A DNA stretch of 64,000 bases, taken from NCBI GenBank assembly GCA_963817165.1, contig CAWFNL010000002.1:77665-141664 (forward strand). The letters run 5' to 3'. Of the stretch, positions 32,077-39,992 are shown piece by piece. Position numbers and translations under genes: made by a program. The DNA is from an uncultured Acidobacteriaceae bacterium (GTDB taxonomy: Bacteria > Acidobacteriota > Terriglobia > Terriglobales > Acidobacteriaceae). Under the pieces are notes generated by a model. That model searched no databases. It was not told the origin of the DNA and saw only the letters and a list, made by a program, of their open reading frames with translations. The first letter of the stretch is position 1, and each line of letters starts with the position of its first letter.

Positions 32077-33369
32077 GTGTCCAATGCAGAAATAACCCGC
32101 GTCCTCCTCGCCCTGCTGCTGCTCGTCGGCGGCGCGCAATTACTCGGGTACCTCTTCGTCCGCCTGCGCCAGCCCAAAGTCGTCGGCGAAATCCTCGCCG
32201 GCGTCGTCCTCGGCCCCGCGCTGCTTGGCCGCCTGCCCGCCATCGCGCACCTCATGCAGAGCGCCCAGCACCAGGGCAACATTCTGGACTTCGTTTACTG
32301 GCTCGGCCTCCTCCTGCTGATGTTTCTCGCCGGAGCGGAAACACAGCAGCTCTTCACCCACGAGGAACGCCGCGAAGTCGGCTGGCTCATCATCGTCGGC
32401 ACCGGCCTCCCGTTTCTCATCGGCCTCGCGCTCGCTCCGTGGATCATCCGCCCCTCCCTTGCCGGCCCCAACGGCAATCGCATCTCGCTCACCATCATCC
32501 TGGCCGTCGGTGTCGCCGTTACCTCGGTCCCCGTCGTTTCCAAAATTTTTGCCGACCTCAAAATCCTCCACACCCGCTTCGCCCGCCTCGTCCTCGGCGT
32601 CGCCGTCCTTGAGGACATCGTTCTCTGGCTAGCCCTCGCCGTTGCCACCGCGACAGCTGGCAAAGCCGCTCTGCATCCGCGCGCCCTGTCGCTGCACCTG
32701 CTCGCCACGGTCGCTTTCTTCGTGCTCGGTCTCACTCTCGTGCCGCGCATCGTGAAGCGCATCAACAAAGCGCGCTTCAACGTCATGGCCCGCCACTCGC
32801 CCACCGGCTATGCGCTCGCCGTCCTGCTCGCCTACTGCGCCGTCGCCGGAGCCATGGACGTCAGCCTCGTCTTCGCCGCCTTCCTCGCGGGCTTCGCCGT
32901 CGTCCACAAGAAGCGCCGCCTCTTTGCGGACGCTCTCGACGCCATCGGCAAAGTCGCCTTCGCCTTCTTCATCCCGGTCTACTTCGCCATCGTCGGCTTT
33001 AAGCTCGACCTGGTCCACGGCGTCTCCATCGGGATGCTGGTGGCCTTCATTGCCGGAACCTGCGCCGTCAAAATTCTCTCCGTCTCGCTGGCTGCCCGCT
33101 TTGCCGGATTCCGCGGCCTCGACCTCATCAACCTCGCCATCACCACCAACGCCCGCGGAGGCCCGGGCATCGTCCTCGCCAGCGTCGCCTTCGACGCCGG
33201 CATCATCAGCCCCAAGTTCTATACCACGCTGGTGGTCGCCGCCGTCCTGACCTCCCAAATCGCCGGAGCCTGGCTCGACTACGTCCTCCGCAAAGGCTGG
33301 CCGCTGCTCAAACCCACTACCTCCGCGGAGCCCATCGAAGCCTCGCCCGAATCGGCAAGCGTTGCCTGA
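32077..33369 (+). CDS. Cation:proton antiporter (CPA2/Kef-type membrane domain, no KTN domain)
   Basis: GTG start, 430 aa, about 12 TM helices. LLGYLFVRLRQPKVVGEILAGVVLGPALLG is the typical Na_H_Exchanger N-terminus. Confidence 0.85.
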   Translation: MSNAEITRVLLALLLLVGGAQLLGYLFVRLRQPKVVGEILAGVVLGPALLGRLPAIAHLMQSAQHQGNILDFVYWLGLLLLMFLAGAETQQLFTHEERREVGWLIIVGTGLPFLIGLALAPWIIRPSLAGPNGNRISLTIILAVGVAVTSVPVVSKIFADLKILHTRFARLVLGVAVLEDIVLWLALAVATATAGKAALHPRALSLHLLATVAFFVLGLTLVPRIVKRINKARFNVMARHSPTGYALAVLLAYCAVAGAMDVSLVFAAFLAGFAVVHKKRRLFADALDAIGKVAFAFFIPVYFAIVGFKLDLVHGVSIGMLVAFIAGTCAVKILSVSLAARFAGFRGLDLINLAITTNARGGPGIVLASVAFDAGIISPKFYTTLVVAAVLTSQIAGAWLDYVLRKGWPLLKPTTSAEPIEASPESASVA

Positions 33370-33445
33370 GCACGCTGCGCAGATCTGCCCTACCAGCGAC
33401 CGGCTACCAGCTACCAGCTGCACTTCAGCGTTAAACTAAACTGTC

Positions 33446-35043
33446 ATGGCTACCACCGCAGAATCCACCGTCATCCTGCCGCGCAAACCGCAAGGCGCCT
33501 TCCGCAACGAGCCCTTCACCGACTTCTCGCGCCACGAGAACGGCCACGCCATGCGCGAGGCCCTCACCCGCGTCGGCGAACAACTCGGCCACGAGTACCC
33601 CCTCATCATCGGCGGCGAACGCCTGCGCACCACCGGCAAAATCGTGTCGACCAACCCAGCGCGCCCCGCACAAATTGTCGGCACCCATCAAAAGGCCGGA
33701 GCCGAGCATGCCGGAGCCGCCGTCGAGGCCGCCCTCAAAGCCTTCGCTACCTGGCGCTTCGTCTCTGCGGAAGAGCGTGCTTCGCTCCTCTTCCACGCCG
33801 CCGACATCATCCGCAAAAATCATTTCGACTTCTGCGCATGGCTCACCTACGAAGTCGGCAAGAACTGGGCCGAAGCCGACGCCGACGTAGGCGAGACCAT
33901 CGACTTCCTTGAGTTCTACGCCCGCGAAGCCCTGCGCCTCGCCGCCGCCACCACGCCCATCCAGTATCCGGGCGAACGCAATGAGCTGCACTACATCGCG
34001 CTCGGCGTCGGCGCCGTCATCTCCCCGTGGAATTTCCCCTTCGCCATCATGGCCGGCATGACCGCCGCCGCCATCGTCTCCGGCAACACTGTCGTCCTCA
34101 AACCCTCCAGCGATTCGCCCACCATCGCCGCCCGCTTCATGGAAGTCCTCGAAGAAGCCGGCCTTCCCCCCGGCGTCGTCAATTTCTGCCCCGGCTCCGG
34201 CGCCACCTTCGGCAACGCCGTCGTCGAAGCATCCCCGCACCCGCTTCATCGCCTTCACCGGCTCCAAAGAAGTCGGCCTCGACATCCACGAGCGCGCCGC
34301 GCAAACCAAGCCCGGCCAAATCTGGATCAAGCGCACCATCCTCGAAATGGGCGGCAAAGATTCCATCATCGTCAGCGCCGACGCCGACTTCGAAGCGGCC
34401 GTCGACGCCGTCGTCGCCTCCGCCTTCGGCTTCAGCGGTCAGAAGTGTTCCGCCTGCTCCCGCGCCATCGTCGAAGACGCCATCTACGACGCCTTCATCG
34501 ATCGCCTCCGTGAGCGCGTCAGCGCCCTCAAAGTCGGCGACCCCGTCGACAACCCCAACATGGGTCCCGTCGTCAGCGAAGGCGCTCTCCGCACCATCCG
34601 CGAATACATCGAGATCGGTAAGCAGGAAGGCCGCGTCGTTGCCGGCGGCAATCTCATCGACACGCCGGAGAAGGGCTACTACGTCGAGCCCACCGTCATC
34701 GCCGACGTCGCCCCGGATGCCCGCATCTCCCAGGAAGAGATCTTCGGCCCCGTGCTCGCCGTCATTCGCGCCCGCAACTTCGACCATGCCCTCGAAATCG
34801 CCAACAACACCGAGTTCGGCCTCACCGGCGCCATCTATTCCAACGACCGCGATCAAGCTCGACCGCGCCCGCAACGAATTCCACGTCGGCAATCTCTACT
34901 TCAACCGCAAATGCACCGGCGCCATGGTCGGCGCGCATCCCTTCGGCGGCTTCAATATGTCAGGAACGGATTCGAAAGCCGGCGGCCCCGACTATCTCTA
35001 CCTCTTTACCCAGGCAAAATCGGTCGCGGAAAAACTGTCCTGA
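33446..35043 (+). pseudogene. pruA: L-glutamate gamma-semialdehyde (1-pyrroline-5-carboxylate) dehydrogenase with two frame changes
   Basis: The ALDH sequence is read in three frames. The first runs to ...[10 protein letters not shown]. An extra G at 34229 leads to [16 protein letters not shown]...EMGGKDS...[13 protein letters not shown]...GAIYSNDR. A second shift near 34858-34862 leads to [44 protein letters not shown]... and the stop at 35043. Confidence 0.85.
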
Positions 35044-35113
35044 CTGCGTTGAGTTGCGCCGGTCGAAACATTGTTGCTGTTTGCATTGACACATCGTTAC
35101 GCGAATCCTGACA

Positions 35114-35521
35114 ATGGCTTTTGAGCGGTGGAGGCCCATGGTGGCAAGTATCCTGTGTGTCGACGACGACCCCGATGTGGTGGCGCTCAAGAAACAGATT
35201 CTTGAAAGTGGGGGCCATCAGGTCACGGCCTGTCTGTCTACCGAACAAGCGGTCCACGCATTGTCTGAACAGAATTTCGACGCCGTCGTCACCGACTGGC
35301 GTCTCGGCGATGGCCTCGGCCGCAGCGTCGTCCAGTCCGCCAAGGCTCATACCAGCGTTCCGGTGATCGTCGTTTCCGGCTTTGTAACCGAGGCCTTTCA
35401 GGCCGCCGAACCACTTGCCGACCTCTACCTCGAGAAGCCCGTCAATCCCCAGGAACTGCTCAAAGTGCTGGAAACGCTGCTCCGGGGCAGACCCCGCAGC
35501 AGCGCTCCCGTTGCCCACTAA
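35114..35521 (+). CDS. Stand-alone response-regulator receiver (REC) protein
   Basis: ILCVDDDPDVV, FDAVVTDWRLGDG (acceptor Asp) and PVIVVSGF; 135 aa. Confidence 0.8.
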   Translation: MAFERWRPMVASILCVDDDPDVVALKKQILESGGHQVTACLSTEQAVHALSEQNFDAVVTDWRLGDGLGRSVVQSAKAHTSVPVIVVSGFVTEAFQAAEPLADLYLEKPVNPQELLKVLETLLRGRPRSSAPVAH

Positions 35522-35531
35522 GCAATTCCGC

Positions 35532-36188
35532 TTACAACCCCTGCATAATCTGGTCGCCCACCGCCTGCGCGGCTTCCGCCAGGATCCGGTGATGGATCGT
35601 GAACAGCGCCAGCTCCAGCCGGTCCGATACACCCGTCTTGTCGTAAATGCTCCGCAGATAATTCTTGATCACCTGTTCGGTCGTCATCAGCCGAATCGCA
35701 ATCTCCTTGTTCTTGCACCCCTGCACGATCAGCGCGACAATCTTCAGCTCCTTCGGCGTCAGCCGGTCGCGTACCCGCGAGCCCACCGTATCGTCCTCCA
35801 GTCCAGGCGCTTCCATCCCGGCCGCGCGCACATGCCGCTCGCCCCGCCCTACGTGCCGAACGCATTCAATCAGCGCTGACCCGGTCACGTTCCGGTGCGC
35901 CGCGCCATTCACTCCCGCCGCAAACCACGGCTGCACCGATTCGCTGTTCTCCGCGATCACAATGCAGCGGCTCCCCGCCCCCAGTACACGCGGTACCAGC
36001 ACCTGTGGATCCAGCTTCAGCGATGACGCAAAAATAAGAATTGCGCCGCGAAATGTGTCCAGAGCGGGGAACAGCCGTTCCCCCTCAGCACACTGAGCAA
36101 TGATGCGGAAGTCGTCTTCCATCGCGAGGATCTTTGCTGTCCCTGCCCGAAAGATGGCCTGATTGTCCGCGAGTATGAGTTTGTTCAT
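35532..36188 (-). CDS. LuxR/NarL-family DNA-binding regulator with an atypical receiver-like N-terminal domain
   Basis: C-terminal GerE HTH: LTPKELKIVALIVQGCKNKEIAIRLMTTEQVIKNYLRSIYDKTGVSDRLELALF. The N-terminal domain is REC-sized but the acidic pocket is not obvious. Confidence 0.8.
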   Translation of the reverse strand: MNKLILADNQAIFRAGTAKILAMEDDFRIIAQCAEGERLFPALDTFRGAILIFASSLKLDPQVLVPRVLGAGSRCIVIAENSESVQPWFAAGVNGAAHRNVTGSALIECVRHVGRGERHVRAAGMEAPGLEDDTVGSRVRDRLTPKELKIVALIVQGCKNKEIAIRLMTTEQVIKNYLRSIYDKTGVSDRLELALFTIHHRILAEAAQAVGDQIMQGL

Positions 36189-36248
36189 TGTCCCGCTTCC
36201 TTACCTTCGTGGGTTGCGCCGCCGGGTCTCCCCGAAGACAGATTCGTT

Positions 36249-36274
36249 AAAAAACAATCCGCGGTTCGCCGCGG
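36249..36274 (-). terminator. Rho-independent terminator-like hairpin on the minus strand, about 60 nt upstream of the LuxR-type gene start
   Basis: On the minus strand the sequence reads CCGCGG-cgaa-CCGCGG (36274..36259), followed by ATTGTTTTTTAA (36258..36247). Confidence 0.55.
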
Positions 36275-36644
36275 CTTGCTAAAGAGGTCATCGGCTTCAA
36301 CTGCCACGTTCCCCCGGCTGTCTCTTCTTCGGACATCTCGGGTACCATGGATTTGTGCGTGATGGATGACACGGCCCTCCGTCCTGCGCGTCCCCGGAGT
36401 GCCATCGCCAACGGCCTGTGTGCAATTGCCATCATCCAGGACTAAAGTAACCCTCTGTGCGCGGAGGTCCTGTGACGGTCGTCACCCTTATCGGGTCACG
36501 CTTCCGCCCCTCGCGTCGTTTTGTGTCATATCCTCCTAACCCCTTCTTCGTCCGTGCGCCGCCCCTGTCACGCAACAGCAGTTTCCCCTCCACCTCGCCG
36601 GAAATGCCCCCGGCCTTGTAATTTAGTGAGGAGAGTCTTTTCCG

Positions 36645-38298
36645 ATGGCTAAACCAATCATTCTCGCCGTCGACGATGACGCCAGCGTCCTCGAAGCCGT
36701 CGTCCAGGATCTCCGCCGCAAATACGGCCAGGAGTACCGCATCCTGCGCGCCGGCTCCGGCCCTGCCGCTCTTGACACCTGTACCCAGCTCAAAGAGCGC
36801 GGCGATTTCCGTCGCCCTCATCGTCTCCGACCAGCGCATGCCCGGCATGGCCGGCGTCGACCTGCTCGAACGCATCCAGGAAATCTATCCCGACGCCCGC
36901 CGCGTCCTCCTCACCGCCTACGCCGACACCGAGGCAGCCATCCGCGCCATCAACTCCGCGCGCATCCACTACTACCTCACCAAGCCGTGGGATCCCCCCG
37001 AAGAGCGCCTCTACCCCGTCCTCGACGATCTCCTCGAAGAGTGGCATGAGGGCTACAAGCCCCCCTTTGAAGGCATTCGCGTCGTCGGACCCCGCTGGTC
37101 CCTCAGGGACTACCAGGTCCGCAATTTCCTCTCCCGCAATCGCGTTCCCTACGTCTGGCTCGATCCCGAGACCAACGACGAAGCCATCACCCTGCTCAAG
37201 CAGTTCGGCGTCGGCGACGACTGCCTCCCCGTCGTCCTTTTCCCCGACGGTTCGTCGCTCGTCCAGCCCGATGACTCTCAGCTCGCCGTCCACGTCGGCC
37301 TCCACACCCAGGCCAAAGAGGAGTTCTACGACCTCGTCGTCGCCGGCGCCGGACTCGCCGGTCTCGCTGCGGCCGTCTATGCCGCCTCGGAAGGTCTCAA
37401 AACCCTGGTCCTCGAGCCGGTTGCCCCTGGCGGCCAGGCCGGTTCCAGTTCGAGAATTGAGAATTACCTCGGTTTCCCCCGAGGCGTTACCGGCGACCGC
37501 CTCGCTCGCGATGCCTACGACCAGGCCCGCAAATTCGGCGCTGAATTCGTCACCCAGCAGGCCACCGGCGTCCTCTGCGACGGCCATTACCGCCAGATCC
37601 AGACCGCCAGCGGCGCCGAGATCAGCTGCCGCGTCTTCCTCGTCGCCACCGGCGTCTGCTACCGCAAAATCGAGGCCCCCGGGGTCGACCGTCTCATCGG
37701 CCTCGGCATCTACTACGGCGCCGCACTCACGGAAGCCCAGTCCTGCAGCAACGAGAACGTCTACATTATTGGCGGCGCCAACTCCGCCGGCCAGGCCGCC
37801 ATGCACTTCTCCCGCTTCGCCTCCCACGTAACCATGCTGGTGCGCGGCACCGGCCTCGAAGCCAGTATGTCGAAATACCTCATTGATCAGATCGCGGAAA
37901 CATCGAATATAACGGTGGAGACCCAAACCGAGATCGTGGAAGCCATGGGCGACAAACGGCTGGAATGTTTGAAGATACGTACCCCAAAGGGCGAAGAAGT
38001 GCGCCCTGCGACCTCCGTCTTCCTCTTCATCGGCGCCGCTCCCCAAACCGACTGGCTGCCCTCCAACATCATGCGCGACCCCAACGGATTCATCCTTTCC
38101 GGCCGAGATTTACGCGTCGAAGGGGCACTCCCGCGCATCTGGAAAGAGGACCGTGAACCCTACCTGCTCGAAACGTCCATGCCCGGCGTCTTCGTAGCCG
38201 GCGACGTTCGCCACGGATCCATCAAGCGCGTCGCCTCCGCCGTTGGCGAAGGCTCGATTTCTGTGCAGTTTATGCACCAGTATTTGGCACGATTTTAG
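36645..38298 (+). pseudogene. Fused response-regulator receiver / Trx-fold linker / thioredoxin-reductase-like flavoprotein, with one frame change inside the REC domain
   Basis: Frame 0: MAKPIILAVDDDASVLEAVVQDLRRKYGQEYRILRAGSGPAALDTCTQLKERGD. After the TTT run at 36806-36808, frame 1 continues SVALIVSDQRMPGMAGVDLLE...LTKPWD. Then come FAD (VVAGAGLAGLAAAVYAA) and NAD(P)H (IIGGANSAGQAA) motifs and GVFVAGDVRHGSIKRVASAVGEG. Confidence 0.8.
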
Positions 38299-38300
38299 CT
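38284..38300 (+). promoter_or_regulatory. Candidate sigma-54 (-24/-12) promoter for the downstream histidine kinase
   Basis: TTGGCACGATTTTAGCT matches YTGGCACGrNNNTTGCW at every specified position except one (TAGC for TTGC). GG (38286-87) and GC (38298-99) have the exact N10 spacing. It lies 32 nt upstream of the ATG at 38331 and overlaps the stop codon of the upstream gene. Confidence 0.5.
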
Positions 38301-38330
38301 TTGGTTTTTACCCCGAGATTGGAAAGCGCA

Positions 38331-39875
38331 ATGGAAGCCACAAAAGCGGAAATGACCACCAGGATCCTGACCGAACAGGAGCTGGTCCCTCTCATCCGCA
38401 AAATCCCCATCCTCTCCAAGCTGAAAGAAGAAGATCTCATCTGTCTCGGCGCCGTCCAGCTCGTCGAGGCCCCGGCCGGCGCGATCCTCTACCAGCAGGG
38501 CGTCACCCCTCCCACCTTCTGCATCGTGCTCGAAGGCGAAGTCCGCGCGGTCCGCAAAGAAATTAACGGCATCGAGACCCCGTTGGTCATTTTCCGCGAC
38601 GGCGACACCATCGGCGAAGCCCCTCTGCTCCTCGGTGCGGAAACCTCCGGCGTCGAGTGCGAAACCGCCGCTCCCACCCGCCTTCTGCGCGTCGATGCTG
38701 AAGGCTTCTGGCGCCTCATGGCCACCTGCCCTAATATCCGCCGCGGCATCCTCGCTAACGCCTCCAGCCGCATCCATGCCTTCCAGGCCAACACCCTCCA
38801 CCAGGAAAAGCTCATCTCCCTCGGCACCCTCGCTGCCGGTCTCATGCATGAGCTCAATAATCCTGGCTCCGCCGCTAAACGCTCCGCCGCGCTGCTCCGC
38901 GAGAATCTGGGCCGCCTGCAGGACATCAGCATGCGCTTCTGCCACAACCCGCTTACCCCGGAGCAGGCTTCCTGCCTCCGTGACATGAAAGCGGAAGTGC
39001 TGGCGATCGACCGATCCAAAGACAAGGCCAAACCCCTCGGCAGTCTCGAAGAAGCCGACGCCGAAGAAGAGCTGGCGACCTTCCTCGACAGCATTGGCGT
39101 GGCCAACGGCTGGAAGCTCGCGCCCACCCTGGTCGCTGCCGGCTGGCGTCGCGACGACATCACCTGCGCCCAGCATGCCTTCCCCGGCGAAGCGCTGCAG
39201 GACGCGCTCAACTGGCTCGAGGCCCTCATCTCCGCCACCCAGCAGCTCGGTACCATTGAAGAAAGCCTTTCCCGCCTCACCGAGCTGGTCATCGCCGTCA
39301 AAAAATACGCTTACGAGGACAAGAGCGGCGAGCACATCGTCGACGTCCACGAAAGCATTCGCAGCACCCTCACCATCCTCGGCCACAAGTTCCGCCACAA
39401 GCAGCTCAGCGTCGAGAAGAATTTCGCCGCCGACCTGCCCCAGCTCAAAACCCACGGCACCGGCCTCAGCCAGGTCTGGACCAACCTCCTCGACAACGCC
39501 ACCGACGCCGCCCCCGAAGGCTCCAGGGTCACCATCCGCACCTGGTTTGAAAAGGGAAGCGGCGGAATCGGCGCGGAAAAAGGCCAGGAATCCGCCCCCT
39601 CCACCGTCGACCCGCAATCGCCGGAAAAGGGCTACGTCTGCATCGGTATCGCCGACCAGGGCTCCGGCATCCCGCCTGAAGTCCGCGACCAGATCTTTCA
39701 GCCCTTCTTCACCACCAAACCCCCCGGCGTCGGCACCGGCCTGGGCCTGGAGATCGCCCGCCGCATCGTCACCGCCCAGTTCAAAGGCTCCATCGCCTTC
39801 ACCAGCGAACCAGGCCGCACCGAGTTCGTCGTGAAAATTCCGACCGTGCAAAAAAACGGCCTCAGCAAGAAATAG
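38331..39875 (+). CDS. Cyclic-nucleotide-binding-domain sensor histidine kinase
   Basis: N-terminal cNMP-binding fold (FCIVLEGEVRAV...FRDGDTIGEAPLL). H-box ISLGTLAAGLMHELNNP. N and G boxes (WTNLLDNATDA, ADQGSGIP, GTGLGLEIARRIV). Confidence 0.85.
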   Translation: MEATKAEMTTRILTEQELVPLIRKIPILSKLKEEDLICLGAVQLVEAPAGAILYQQGVTPPTFCIVLEGEVRAVRKEINGIETPLVIFRDGDTIGEAPLLLGAETSGVECETAAPTRLLRVDAEGFWRLMATCPNIRRGILANASSRIHAFQANTLHQEKLISLGTLAAGLMHELNNPGSAAKRSAALLRENLGRLQDISMRFCHNPLTPEQASCLRDMKAEVLAIDRSKDKAKPLGSLEEADAEEELATFLDSIGVANGWKLAPTLVAAGWRRDDITCAQHAFPGEALQDALNWLEALISATQQLGTIEESLSRLTELVIAVKKYAYEDKSGEHIVDVHESIRSTLTILGHKFRHKQLSVEKNFAADLPQLKTHGTGLSQVWTNLLDNATDAAPEGSRVTIRTWFEKGSGGIGAEKGQESAPSTVDPQSPEKGYVCIGIADQGSGIPPEVRDQIFQPFFTTKPPGVGTGLGLEIARRIVTAQFKGSIAFTSEPGRTEFVVKIPTVQKNGLSKK

Positions 39876-39902
39876 GTGTTTTCATAGCAACACCGCCGGG
39901 TG

Positions 39903-39956
39903 CCCATATCTGCCCGGTTTTGGCAGATGTGGGCTCGCGCGCGAGCGCCCGCTTTT
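39903..39956. repeat. Intergenic double-hairpin repeat, copy 2
   Basis: 52/54 identical to 12489..12542. Here hairpin 2 is a perfect 14-nt palindrome, gctcgcgcgcgagc. It lies between the convergent histidine kinase and isomerase-family genes. Confidence 0.8.
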
Positions 39957-39992
39957 GTCATGGCCTGCGGACAACTGACACCTGACTACCGA

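Noticed and set aside
33381-33420. GCAGATCTGC palindrome and ctaccag x3 motif after the antiporter gene
   Set aside because: The palindrome is loop-less and there is no U-tract. The triplicated heptamer is short and imperfectly spaced. It gives no support for a terminator or a repeat family.
36247-36435. 62-aa minus-strand ORF inside the long intergenic region
   Set aside because: It has no SD and no recognisable sequence, and its stop codon lies inside the terminator U-tract. It is more likely part of a non-coding leader or sRNA. It is mentioned in the intergenic-region finding rather than called as a CDS.
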